From Octopus vulgaris (Eukaryota): DNA of 64,000 nt. Under the pieces are notes generated by a model. It made no database searches and was not told the DNA's origin. It saw only the letters and a list, made by a program, of their open reading frames with translations. A program made the translations under genes and the position numbers. Of the stretch, positions 24,427 through 36,541 are shown piece by piece; within the stretch, counting starts at the first letter, position 1, and every line of letters begins with the position of its first letter. Location of the stretch: contig OX597814.1 in assembly GCA_951406725.2 (NCBI GenBank), positions 153,760,001 through 153,824,000 on the forward strand. Direction: 5' to 3'.

Positions 24427-25403
24427 CAGTTGTTGCGTGCAAGAGAGACGATTGCGATGGTATGGTCATGTGGCGAGAATGGATGAAGATAGGAGTGTGA
24501 GAAAGTGCCAATCCCTAGCAGTTGAGGGAACCCGTGGAAGAGGTAGACCCAGGAAAACCTGGGACGAGGTGGTGAAGCACGACCTTCGAACATTAGGTCT
24601 CACCATGGAAATGACCAGAGACCGAGACCTATGGAAGTATGCTGTGCGTGAGAAGACCCGGCAAGACTAATGAAGCCATAACCCGTGGCCCCTACCTGGG
24701 GCGTAGTCAGTCCGCCTGTGCATACCTTCCTGCTTGTGACACTTGTGAAGACCTGTTGAGGCAAGTCAAATCGAATCAAGTCAAACCAAATCAAAATAGA
24801 TGAACATCAATGGAATTTGTATCCTTGTGGTACCAGTGCCGGTGGCACATAAGAAAACCATCCGAACGGGACCGTAGCCAGTATCGCATCGACTGGCCTC
24901 CGTGCTGTGGGCACGTAACAAACACCGTCTGAGCGTGGCCGTCTGCCAGCCTCGTCTGGCACCTGTGTCGGTGGCACATAAAAACACCATCCGAGCGTGG
25001 CCGTCTGCCAGCCTCGTCTGGCACCTGTGTCGGTGGCACATAAAAACACCATCCGAGCGTGGCCGTCTGCCAGCCTCGTCTGGCACCTGTGTCGGTGGCA
25101 CATAAAAACACCATCCGAGCGTGGCCGTCTGCCAGCCTCGTCTGGCACCTGTGTCGGTGGCACATAAAAACACTATCCGAGTGTGGCCGTTCGCCAGCCT
25201 CGTCTGGCACCTGTGTCGGTGGCACATAAAATCACCCACTACACTCTCGGAGTGGTTGGCGTAAGGAAGGGCATCCAGCTGTAGAAACACTGCCAGATCT
25301 GACTGGCCTGGTGCAGCCTTCGGGCTCCCCAGACCCCAGTTGAACCGTCCAACCCATGCTAGCATGGAAAGCGGACGTTAAACGATGATGATGATGATGA
25401 TGA
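24427..25403 (+). mobile_element. 5'-truncated RTE-clade LINE: ORF C-terminus (to 24670) + 3' UTR + (GAT)n tail
   Basis: ORF QERRLRWYGHVARMDEDR...RGRGRPRKTWDEVVKHDL...RDRDLWK is the typical RTE C-terminal signature (RLRWxGHVxR, RGRP). Confidence 0.92.
24917..25232 (+). repeat. 62-bp tandem repeat (about 5 near-identical units) in the RTE 3' UTR
   Basis: TAAAAACACCATCCGAGCGTGGCCGTCTGCCAGCCTCGTCTGGCACCTGTGTCGGTGGCACA, with unit boundaries at 24979, 25041, 25103, 25165 and 25227. Confidence 0.95.
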
Positions 25404-25407
25404 TATA

Positions 25408-25792
25408 ATGTAGTTGTGTGGTAACGTAGCTTGCTTACCAACCATATGGTTCCAGGTTCAGTCCCACTGCGTGGCACCTTGGGCAAGTGCCTTCTACTAT
25501 ATCCTGGGGCTGACCAAAGCTTTGTGAGTGGATTTGGTAGATGGAAACTGAAAGAAGCCTATCATATATATAAATATATATGCATGTGTGTGTATTTGTG
25601 TGTCTGTGTTTTTACCCCTACTATTGCTTGACAACCGATGCTGGTATGTTCACATCCCTGTAACTTAGCAGTTCGTCAAAAGAGACTGATAGAATAAGTA
25701 CTAGGCTTACAAAGAATGTCCTGGAGTCAATTTGTTCAACTAAATACGATGCTCCAGCATGGCCACAATCAAATGACTGAAGTAAATAAAAG
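25408..25792 (+). mobile_element. Family A SINE
   Basis: GGTTCAGTCCCACTGCGTGGCACCTTGGGCAAGTG head and CAAATGACTGAA..AAAAGA tail. Confidence 0.85.
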
Positions 25793-26238
25793 AATATATA
25801 TGTATATATATATATATATATATACACAAACACACACATATATAACCACTTTACAACTATATATGTGCATATGAATACATGCATACATACTACTACCTTC
25901 TCCTCTTCATCATCATCATCATTTTAATGTCCACTTTTCCATGCTTGCATGGGTTAGACAGAGTTTATAGAGGCTAATTTTCTATGGCTTGATGTCCTTC
26001 TAATCGCCTACCCTGACCTGTTTCTAAATAAAATAATATTTCTCTAGGGCATGTCATGTTTTCACAGAACACCAGAAATGATACTTCTTGTATGACTGTG
26101 ACACTTATTTTCAATTATGAAGGGATGTCAAGACAAAGAGACACCAATATGTACACATTGTTGTGTGCATGTATATGGCATAGTAAAAGTAAATTCAAAC
26201 CAGTGTCATCATTGATGGTGGTTGTGCTGACAGCTTCT

Positions 26239-26651
26239 TATTTCTTTACTACCCACAGGGGGCTAAACATAGAGGGGACAAACAAGGTCAGACAAAGGGA
26301 TTAAGTCAATTACATCGAGCCCAGTGCGTAACTGGTACTTAATTTATCGACCTTGAAAGGATGAAAGCAAAGTCGGCCTCGATGGAATTTGAACTCAGAA
26401 CGTTACTGCAGACGAAATACCTATTTCTTTACTACCCACAAGGGGCTAAACACAGGGAGGACAAACAAGGACAGGCAAACGGATTAAGTCGATTATATTG
26501 ACCCCACTGCATAACTGATACTTAATTTATCGACCCTGAAAGGATGAAAGGCAAAGTCGACCTCGGCGGAATTTGAACTCAGAATGTAACGGCAGACGAA
26601 ATGCCACTAAGCATTTTGCCCGCGTGCTAACGTTTCTGCCAGCTCACCACC
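26239..26651 (-). mobile_element. Family B SINE partial dimer
   Basis: Two tandem bodies. TSD TTGTGCTGACAGCTTCT at 26222-26238 and 26652-26668. Confidence 0.9.
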
Positions 26652-27419
26652 TTGTGCTGACAGCTTCTATTGTCATCATTGTTTTTACATCTACATATAT
26701 CATGTCCAAGGTTTGTATACCAGCATTGTGCTGTACCCATGGTTAAAAAGTCATTGTTACCTGTGCTAGTACTACTGCCAGCATCATTGCCATCGTCATC
26801 ATCATCGTCATCTTACTGTTAATGTTCCATACTGGTATAGACTGGATGATTTGGCAAGATTCAACAAATCAGAGTAATATATCAAGATCCAATGTCTGCC
26901 TTGTCATGGTTTCTATGGCTGGATACCTTGCCTAACACCAACCACTTTACAGTGTACTGGCTATTTTTTTCACAGCACCGGCATGAGAGAGGTTGCCAAG
27001 TAACTTAGAAGACTAGGAAAAAGCCCCCTTAACTTAGTGAAGGTGTACTAGAGAGGGGGGGGTGGCTTTATACTACATTTTGTGTGGTTAAAACATGATA
27101 GAGGGAGAGCAACAGGTGTCTTGCTGTAGAGAGATACATGGCTACCCAACATTATATAAGGGTGGGAAGATGTAGCTAGAGAGGAAGGTAAAGAAGGTGA
27201 TGAAAATGTGTATATGTGTGTGTGTGTCCTCATGCTGTTGTTTATGTGGTCTCTTTATGTTTCATAATTTTTGCAGTTCAACAGAGGTTCATAAAATAAA
27301 TTCCAGATTGTTAATAAGCACGGATGTTGATATGATCGACTAAAACCCTTGAAGGTAATACTCCAGCATGGTCTCAGTCAAATGAACGAAACTAGTAAAA
27401 GTATAGAAGAATACAAGTA

Positions 27420-28328
27420 TACTCTTTTACTTGTTTCAGTCATTTGACTGTGGCCATGCTGGAGCACCGCCTTTAGTCGAGCAAATCGACCCCAGGACTT
27501 ATTCTTTGTAAGCCTAGTACTTATTCTAGCGGTCACTTTTGCTGAACCACCAAGTAACAGGGACATAAATACACCAGCATCAGTTGTCAAGCAATGTTGG
27601 GGGACAAACACAGACACACAAACATATACACACATACATACATACATATATATATATATATACATATAAAAATCACCACGATAGATTGGTAGCCACTGCA
27701 CACATTTTTTTTCTCTCCTTGTTTTTTCCGCTCCCTGTTTCTCTTCTTGTTTCTTTCTGTGTTCCTTTCTGTGGAAGAGTGTAGGCTCGAAACGTAAAAG
27801 ACTTTTTTCAATTCCTGAGTGTTAAACTAATACATCTGTTTGTTTTCTACACCACCTGTCTTTGTCTTTTGTTTTTTTCTTGAATTCTCTCCCTATATAT
27901 ATATTTTCGTTGTAAAAAAATGGTCCGTTCCATGCTTGTTTTTACGTTTTCGTTTCTCGTTGAGTTCTACGTCTATTTGTGGTGTCCTGTACTCACGTAT
28001 ATATATTTATATATGCATGTATATATACATGTAGATGTAGGTACGTACATATATGTATGTATGCATATATTTTATTTATTACACTATTGTATGACTGAAC
28101 GCCCTCGCGTCGATTCGATTCGATTCGTTTCGTTTCGTTTCTTCTTCTCCAAGTACAGTTTTTTATATATATATATATATATATATACATATATACGACG
28201 GGCTTCTTTCAGTTTCCATCTACCTAATCCACTCACAAGACACTTTCCCAAGCTGCCACACAGTGGGACTGAACCCTGAACCATGTGGTTCGTAAGCAAG
28301 CTACTTACCACACAGCCACTCCTATGCC
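27420..28328 (-). mobile_element. Family A SINE whose internal (TA)n carries about 500 bp of inserted repeats, including a PLE-like fragment
   Basis: SINE tail half at 27420-27665 and head half at 28190-28328. The insert resembles 44440-44660. Confidence 0.8.
27764..27801 (+). ncRNA. Hammerhead-like motif, variant core CUGUGGA
   Basis: CCTTT-CTGTGGA-A-GAGtgtaggCTC-GAAA-CG-TA-AAAGA: helix I CTTT/AAAG, helix II GAG/CTC, palindromic ACGT helix III. Confidence 0.45.
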
Positions 28329-29469
28329 TTTGCTAGATTTTTATTTGCCTAGTCAATGTAGCAACTCTACATAACATAAATTCTAGAAGTTTCTAATGAA
28401 AATCATTAAGCTAAAGAGAAAGTATATCATTCAGATTGATGAATGATATAATAACATTTACACCTTTGAATTTCTTAACTACTTTATAGATTTTGTGAGA
28501 AATTCATATTTAATGATAGAAAAGACCTTTCAAGTTACATTATACATCATATATTTTTATTCCTTCAAGCATGTAGATAGACACATGCAACACACAGTTA
28601 CATAAATATGCATACATCTTAAGGTTTTGAAATAAACACTTAACAAGGTTGTTACATGTGTAGTGATAGGTACATATCTACACATGCAAACACATTCTCT
28701 CATATATATATATATACATTATTTGACATAGTTACCTACACACAATCACTTATATATACACAAGTAATTTATATTAATAATGTAACTTTTATACACACAC
28801 ACACATACATACATACATACATTCGAACGAACAAACAAACAAACAAATATACAAAGCTGTATGGTTAAGAAATTCACTTCAGAACTGCATGGTTAGATGT
28901 TTGGTCTTACTTGAGGATATTGCCAAGTGATGAAGTGATGTTCTCAACTACATCTACAGTTTGATAAATAACTTGTGAGTGAAATTAGCAGACAGAAACT
29001 GAAGAAGTGTGTGTGTGTGTGTGTGTTCGTGTATGTGTGTCAGTGTGTGTGAGCTTGTGTGAATGAGTTTGCCTTTGGTTCTCATACAAAATATCTCATT
29101 TTAAAATAATCTAAATTTAAAATCTCATTAGAATTTTATTTAAGACTATTTTTTTTCCCTCTGAAGTCAAGTTCCAAATGCCATCATCATTTTAAAATCT
29201 CTTTTTCTAGGCAAGTATGGATTAGAAAAGAGAAGTTATTAAGGATTTTTTTTTTATCGTTGGAAGTCCTTCCTGTTACAAACCCTTATTTGTTTCCAGG
29301 GGAGATACTTATTCTCCTGTGCTTTTCAAACAATGATTCTCTCACTAGCTAGACATGTTTCCATGACAGATATAAACAGTGGTTCCACCTATGCATTAAC
29401 ACTCAATTATACAGTGTCTAAACAATGTCAACCCATCCCCCAAACATGAGAGCACTTAGAGCCCTTACA

Positions 29470-29960
29470 GTTATTTTAAATCCCAGGCCTTGCTATCACT
29501 AAAGATCTCTCCTGAAAAAAGTACATCCTTGACACAACTAGCACTGTACCCCAAAGACTGGTTCCTCTCTTTAAGGCCAAAAAATATTTCAGCCCCCAAC
29601 ATTTGCTAACACTCTACATAGTTCCAGTGAAACCCACAATAGAGTATATTGATTCCATATTTGTGATGGTGTTATGCACACACATTCTAGATTGCATCCA
29701 GAAAAGAGTCACTTGACTAACTGATATTAAATCACCCACAGACATGCTCCAGCTTCTAACCCATAGGTATGTTGTCCCTTCTCCCTGTCTTTTCTATTGT
29801 TATTATAATGGCCTCTGTTCCTTGAATCTGGTTGGGTTTGTGCAACCTTCACTCAAGCATTCTTGTTTCATTCACCTTTCCACCTCTGCCTCTCATCACA
29901 TCAAGTTCTGCACTAACCACTATTTCCAGCCCTTCCTCCCCAGAACAACATTCCTCTGAA
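29470..29960 (+). pseudogene. Decayed CR1-group (Crack/Daphne/L2-like) LINE RT C-terminal region
   Basis: Across frames: GLAITKDLS*KKYI...QRLVPLFKAKKYFSPQHLLTLY..VKPTIEY...LDCIQKRV...LQLLTHR...CLFYCYYNGLCS. Confidence 0.75.
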
Positions 29961-31029
29961 ATCTCCTCCCTGCCCATGTTGTTCTTGCAGGTGTCAACTT
30001 GCAACAGTTTAAAAAGAACATTGACAACATCAGTCTGACAGGTCTTGGCAGGTCTGCAAAAGTCATGAGCTCTGCCCCTTCCTCCAGACTCAGAAAGTAA
30101 AAAAAAAAGATGGGAAGAAATAAACACACACACACACACACACACGCAGTTGCAGACTCATGCACACACTCATGCATGGGAACAGCTATGATAGAAGACA
30201 GACACTTGCCCAAGGTATCACACAGCATGAACGAACCCAAAACCATGTGGTTGGAAAGCAACCATCTCAAACACATCAACCACATAGATATGACCACGAA
30301 ATAATATTCTGAAAACCAACTTAATGAAAAAAAATTAATTCTTTCACTAAATCCTTCTAAATCCCTGATTCTTTTCAAAATTAATTAAAGTACGTAAGAA
30401 GTGTATATTTCATTAGAAATATGGTTGCAAAAAGGTTAATTTATTCTTTGTTGATGAATTGATTGAATGTATATACTTTTACAGCATATGATAATTGGAT
30501 CATGATAATACATATACGGTTAACAATCAAATAGAATACATGAAGAATCTGAGAATCACTTCTGAAATTCTTCAATGAGTTAATGCTCCCTTTGAAAGTA
30601 AATATCAAATTATTGTTCTCCCTCTCTCTATTACCTTTGATATTGAGGATCTTGATATTTTATTAAGATATCTTCTATTAAATCACATTGCTATTTATAA
30701 TTCTCTCTTCTTTCAATGCTTTCCATGGTCTCTCAATAGAAGATCATAGTGATTCATTATTGACTATATTATCTGTGATTCTTTGGATTTATTTACATAT
30801 ACAATATTTCAGCTGCAAGAATAGACTTATTCACTATTCACTTTAATTCAGTGTATGGAATCATTGCTTAGCTCCTTAGACCCCTGTCATACCCCAATTA
30901 ATCAGACCTACAAGCAAAGACATTAAAGCTAGAACTATCATTTTTTTTTTTTGAGTGGTAGGGATTGTGTACTTTGAACTACATAATCTAATGTGATCTT
31001 TTGTCCAGATAGTAGAGTGTAGGTTCTAC

Positions 31030-31320
31030 CACAAGGTCCAAGCCTTGTTGTGATGTGGTGCATGTGTGCCTCAATGACACAGAGCTATGCCAGCAGAGCA
31101 CATGCCCCTAATAGGGCCTCCCATGCTAGACAGATCAAAGGATAGAGGCCAGACTAGTATGAACCACCCCTTCTAAGAACAAAAAGTGGGTTTATGTATG
31201 GCCAACACTCCTGCCTAAAGAAAAAGCAGAATTACAGAAGCAGTGGAGGAAGGTTCATAATGGCCTATGCTCTATAAGGAGCAAAAAGCTTAAGAAAAGT
31301 AAATAAAGTAAAAAGTAAAC
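31030..31320 (+). mobile_element. Internally deleted RTE derivative (5' UTR joined to 3' end)
   Basis: The 5' part CCTTGTTGTG...GAGCTATGCC...GGGCCTCCCATGCTAGACAGATCAAAGGATAGAGGCCAGAC is BovB/RTE-like. The 3' part GGCCTATGCTC...GCTTAAG + AAGT-like tail resembles RTE 3' ends. Confidence 0.55.
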
Positions 31321-31327
31321 AGACATA

Positions 31328-31535
31328 GGTATGGCTGTGTGGTAAGAAGTTTGCTTCCCAGCCACATGATTCTGGGTTCAATACCCCTGTATGACACCTT
31401 GGGAAAGTGGCTTCTGCTATAGCCTCAGGTTGACCAAAGCCTTGTGAGTGGATTTAGTAGAAGGAAACTAAAAGAAGCTCATTGTCTATATGTATAAATA
31501 TATATATATACATATATATATATATGTTTTTTTTT

Positions 31536-31579
<44 letters not shown>

Positions 31580-31800
31580 ATATATATATATGTGTGTGTG
31601 TCTGTATTTGTGCTTGTCCTCCACTACCACCACTTGTCAACTGGCTTTGGTGTGTTTAGATCCCCAAAACTTAACAGTTTGACAAAAGAGACTGGTAAAA
31701 TAAGTACTAGGCTTAAAAAAAGTATGGAGTTAATCTTTCAAGGCAGTGCCCCAGCATGGCCAAAATCTAATGACTGAAACAAGGAAAAGATAAAAGATGA
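31328..31800 (+). mobile_element. Family A SINE
   Basis: TGGCTGTGTGGTAAG head, internal TA/TG tract, TGACTGAAACAAG tail. Confidence 0.8.
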
Positions 31801-31899
31801 GAGTGTAAGTTACATCTAGCTGCTATTTCTAGTAGGTTGAACAATCATGTAGTGACTTCATCCAAAGTCATTTTTTTTTTGCTCTGTTTGTTTTTCAGC

Positions 31900-32318
31900 T
31901 ATTCTTTTATTCTTTGACTTGTTTCACTCATTTGACTGTGGCCATGCTGAAGCACTGCCTTTAGTCGAACAAATCGACCCCAGGACTCATTCTTTGTAGG
32001 CCTAGTACTTATTCTATCAGTCTCTTTTGCCATATCACTAAGTTATGGGGATGTAAGCACAGACACACAAACATATACACACACATACATATACATATAT
32101 ATATGTGTATACATACATACATACGTACATACGTACGTACGTATGTATGTATACGATGGACTTCTTTCAGGTTTCCATCTACCAAATCTACTCATAAGGC
32201 TTTGGTTGGTCTGAGGTTATAGTTGAAGACACTCACTCAAGGTGCCACACAGTGGGACTGAACCTGGAACCATTTGGTTGGTAAGCAAGCTACTTGCTAC
32301 ACAGCCACTCCTATACCT
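31900..32318 (-). mobile_element. Family A SINE, tail-to-tail with the previous copy
   Basis: Reverse complement of the family A sequence. Confidence 0.8.
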
Positions 32319-33519
32319 ATGGCTGATTATCTTAATGTAAACCAATATTCTTTAATCCTTTTTTTTTTTAAATCTTCTAATCAGGAGAGAAGACAATGCT
32401 CATAAACCTTTACTTCAGTGGTTTCTAACTTATTTTTACCTCATGACTTCCCCTTGGAACCTTTAATTTTTCCATGACCTCTTTAGACATTATTAGTGAG
32501 AAAAGCAATTCAGTAATAAATGATTAATAGTAAAAACAGGTCACTTTTGAAAAAAATAATAATAAACTTAAAATAAAAAATATATTTAAAACTTATCAAA
32601 TAATTATGAAATTTTAAATAATAATTGTTTTGAATTAGTTTTATTGTCATGAAATTTATTTCTATAAATCTTTAAAAACTGATGTTAGCAATAATTTATA
32701 TTCAGTAATGAACATTAAAAAAATTTTTTTTCAAAGGAGACCTGTTTTCTGCCATTAATGTAATAAACTCCTTAAAAATATCAGTGTCTATGAATTGCAC
32801 ATTATTCTCTATTATTCTAATTCACAAATATAAAAATATTTTGTGGGTTCAATAAAACAACCATTTATAATGACACATTTTTCTGATGAACACAAAAGAA
32901 AAAAACTTCTTTTGATGCCTAGAAAATTAATGACTTCTAAAACATGGTTACTTTTTGAGCACAAAAATAAAATTCTTGTGTAAAATAAAAAAAATATAAC
33001 ATATTACCTATTGACAATACGCTTTTAGTATCTCTAACATCTGATACTCTCCCTTCTCATTTCTCTAAGCCATTCTTCTTCCTGATCCACTGCCTGTATC
33101 ATCTCTTGCTTCTAGAGCATTTTGCTCTGGCACCCCATCATCACCATCTTACCTTTCTCCTAAATACTCTCATCCACCTTTATATAAAAGTGGTACAGCC
33201 AGCTTGCCCTTGGCATAAAAATCACTTCTCCCATCTCTCATATACCCACCGTCACCACCACCACCACTTAGTCAAGATGGTCTCCCCCCCCTTTTTTTAA
33301 AACTCTTTCCTGTCTTGCAAGTTACTCGGCAACACCACTAATGCTGGTACTCTCTACACACTGTAGAATAGTTGACTTTAGGAAGGGTATCCAGCCATAG
33401 AAACTATACCAAAGCTGACATGGGGTACTATGCAGCTGTGTGGTTCACTAGATCCTGTCAAACCATCCAACCCATGCCAGCATGGAAAAAAAGACGTTAA
33501 ATGATAGTAATGATGATGA

Positions 33520-34480
33520 TCAGGATTCATGGTTGTCAGAGATAAACAAAGATAATTTCTACTTATAATTTCAAGGTAATTGCAAGCTTTTGATAGTAGA
33601 AAGGACACTTGGCTAAAATCTGGCTCAACTAGGGAAGAAGTAGGAATGACAAGGAAATATAATTTTATTTCCATTCAAAGCAATGGAGATATCATAGGAA
33701 TTTCCTGACTTCCCCGTAAGTTATTGTTGCCATGATTAAATTTAGCTTGAGGAGTTTGATTACTCTGCAGCTCAACAATACTTATAGTCTGGTATCAACA
33801 TCAGCTGCCTTTGTTCCAAAAGAGTCTACATCCAACTTGGAATGTTCATTTCCAGCTCTTTGAACCTAATTTCCATATCACTGTGCAATTTCTACTGCTC
33901 AATGTACACTAAAATACCTATTTCTTTACTACCCACAAGGGGCTAAACACAGAGAGGACAAACAAGGGCAGACAAATGGATTAAGTCGATTAAATCGACC
34001 CCAGTGCGTAACTGGTACTTATTTAATCGACCCCGAAAGGATGAAAGGCAAAGTCGACCTCGGCGGAATTTGAACTCAGAATGTAGCGGCAGACGAAATA
34101 CCGCAAAGCATTTCGCCTGGCGTGCTAATGTTTCTGCCAGCTCGCCACCTTGTACACTAAAATACCATCCTCTTGCAACTCCTTATCAATAGGGGAAGAG
34201 CTGGAAAATGCATCAACTCCTGACGCCCAGTATTTATCCTGAATAAATTAAGTTTACTCAGGAAAGCACATGTAGCCTCTTTGCAAAGCAAAAGATTTAT
34301 ATTTTTACCTTGTAGCTGTTTGTTCAGCAAATTTGGTTCCTCAAATATATCTGAAAGATAATTTACATTGCATTTGACAGCTATGATTTCTTCTCCAAGC
34401 TGTTTACATTCAAAAACATCACAACCCTGTCCCAAAGTTCAATGATGCAACACAGGCAATTACTCTTAGAGATTGTTACT
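33520..34480 (-). pseudogene. Second hAT (Buster-like) transposase remnant, C-terminal half
   Basis: YLSDIFEEPNLLNKQLQGKNINL...FLSKLNLF...FPAL, plus dimerisation-domain-like IPTSSLVEPDFSQV..LSKACNYLEI..LCLSLTTMNPD. Possible TIRs CAGTGGTTTCTAAC (32416) and GTTTTAAAACACTG (ends 34824). Confidence 0.75.
33919..34150 (-). mobile_element. Young family B SINE inserted in the hAT remnant
   Basis: Complete monomer. 16-bp TSD TGTACACTAAAATACC at 33903-33918 and 34151-34166. Confidence 0.92.
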
Positions 34481-35860
34481 AAATGTATGAACTTCAAAGC
34501 AGTAATATAATATTTAATTCATACAAGACTTTCCAATGCCAGTTTGATAATTTATTCATCAATAGTAAGTAATTATCAAAGTGTCAAATGAATGCTTTTT
34601 TCCTCTGTTATGATGGAACTTAAGATATAGAAAATGCATTTTATGTGTATATGTTTAACTGTATAAACTTTAAAGAATTACAGACAGTAAGAGGAAATTT
34701 TAGGAAGTAACAGTGCAGTAGCTGTGTGGTCCGCTTCATGAAGTCCTTGCTCTTCCCTCCCCCATTCTCAAATTTTTCTTTTGGCTCACAGAACTTTTCC
34801 ATTACTCCAGGTTTTAAAACACTGTTTTACAGGATCCCAGGTCTGGTGTCTGGTGGGAGGTAGAGAGGGAAGAAATGATCCTGAATCTGGAAATTCAGCC
34901 ATTATAACAGAGTGAAGTCTGTCAAAGACACACTAAATATCAGATATTGGCATTATACTGGATGACAGACCGAGTCTACCACCTAAGTAGACCTTGGCAG
35001 GATTTGAACTTGGAATGCAAATAGCCAGAACAAATACAAGGTAACTACAAGGTTACAGTTCCTCCAGTCCACCATCCTGAATTAATATTCTTTAATAGGC
35101 CTTTCTGGAAATAACAAATGGTCTGGAGAAGAGTGAGTGATGGCTGGCAGCACAAAAAGGGTGATGGTGGAATTTATTAGATATGAACAGTTTTAGTACC
35201 AATCCTGCATATACAGGTCTCATGAAAGAAGAGAGAAATAGAGTGACCAAGATGGTTACAAAATATACATAGGTTCAATACTGTCCCCAATATGAGTGGT
35301 ATGGTGCACTGAATAAAAGAGGGGGTAAGTGGAGAGAGTGAGTGATAGGGAGATGAATGATAGAGAGATGAGAGAATATTAAAGAGGGGTATTGAATGGA
35401 TGTTTAACAGAGACATTAAATAAAAGATAAGAACCTCCCCCCCACACATATATATACAGAGAGAGAGAGAGGGGGTGACAGACAGACAGAAAAGCATATA
35501 AACACTTGTAAGCTTGAGAAGCATATTTACATGGAATACAAGATACAGATTACAGAATAGAGGAAAAAGAAAACAAAATAGAATTATGTAGTCTCGACAG
35601 CTGTTTCAAGATAGCTATAACTTATATAATAACCATATTCATATGTAATATGTACATGTTGTCATAGATGTGGTCTCGTCATAAGTTCCAAAGAAATTGT
35701 TAAAGTTAGGTGTCCCTCCTTAAAAGAAGGAAAATACATATTTCATGGAAGTGTCTACAAATATAAAGATTTAAAGAGAACAGAGTGGTGTAGTAAGGGA
35801 GAGGGTCATGGAAACACAAGAAATCATAAAGCAGAAAGGGTGGTTAAGGGGAATCATCAG

Positions 35861-36128
35861 ATCAGGATACAGCTTGTTGAAGACCAGAGAGGGGGAAGAT
35901 AAAGTTAGTAGATGGCCAAAGTAGTGTATGTGTGTGTCTGTGCATGTATGTGTGTGTGTGTATACACATACATACATACATGCACAGACATGCACATATA
36001 CTGCTTTACCTTTTCTGTGAGTAACTACTAAAGCCAATTCTATTTTGTACTGACAACATCACCTCTTTGGCCATCTACTAACTTTATCTTCCCTCTCATT
36101 GGTCTTCTTCAACAAGCTATATCCTGAT
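35861..36128. repeat. Inverted repeat with ~60-bp arms
   Basis: ATCAGGATACAGCTTGTTGAAG...GAAGATAAAGTTAGTAGATGGCCAAAG (35861-35921) vs CTTTGGCCATCTACTAACTTTATCTTC...CTTCAACAAGCTATATCCTGAT (36065-36128). Confidence 0.8.
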
Positions 36129-36130
36129 AT

Positions 36131-36282
<152 letters not shown>

Positions 36283-36351
36283 GTAGGTCCCGGGTTGATT
36301 CGGGGTTAACCACAGTAAGTAAGGTACTCAATACATAGCAGAGTAAAATTA

Positions 36352-36489
36352 ATTTATTATATAGAAGGAGCTTCTACAGGACTAGTACTGTTTCATTCAA
36401 GAGAAATCTTCAGGAAGCACAGGAGCTTCCTGAAGATTTCTCTTGAATGAAACAGTACTAGTCCTGTAGAAGCTCCTTCTATATAATAA

Positions 36490-36491
<2 letters not shown>
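36352..36491. repeat. Perfect 67-bp-arm palindrome with 6-nt spacer (PLE-like inverted terminus)
   Basis: Arms 36352-36418 and 36425-36491 are exact reverse complements, with spacer ACAGGA. Confidence 0.93.

Positions 36492-36541
<50 letters not shown>

Noticed and set aside
24917-25232. 62-bp repeats as a CRISPR array
   Set aside because: The units are contiguous with no unique spacers, lie in a LINE 3' UTR, and there are no cas genes in this eukaryotic context.
32416-34824. Full-length second hAT bounded by these TIR-like ends
   Set aside because: The flanks CTTTACTT and TTTTACAG match at only 5 of 8 positions, so the pairing is unproven. Only the transposase remnant is reported.
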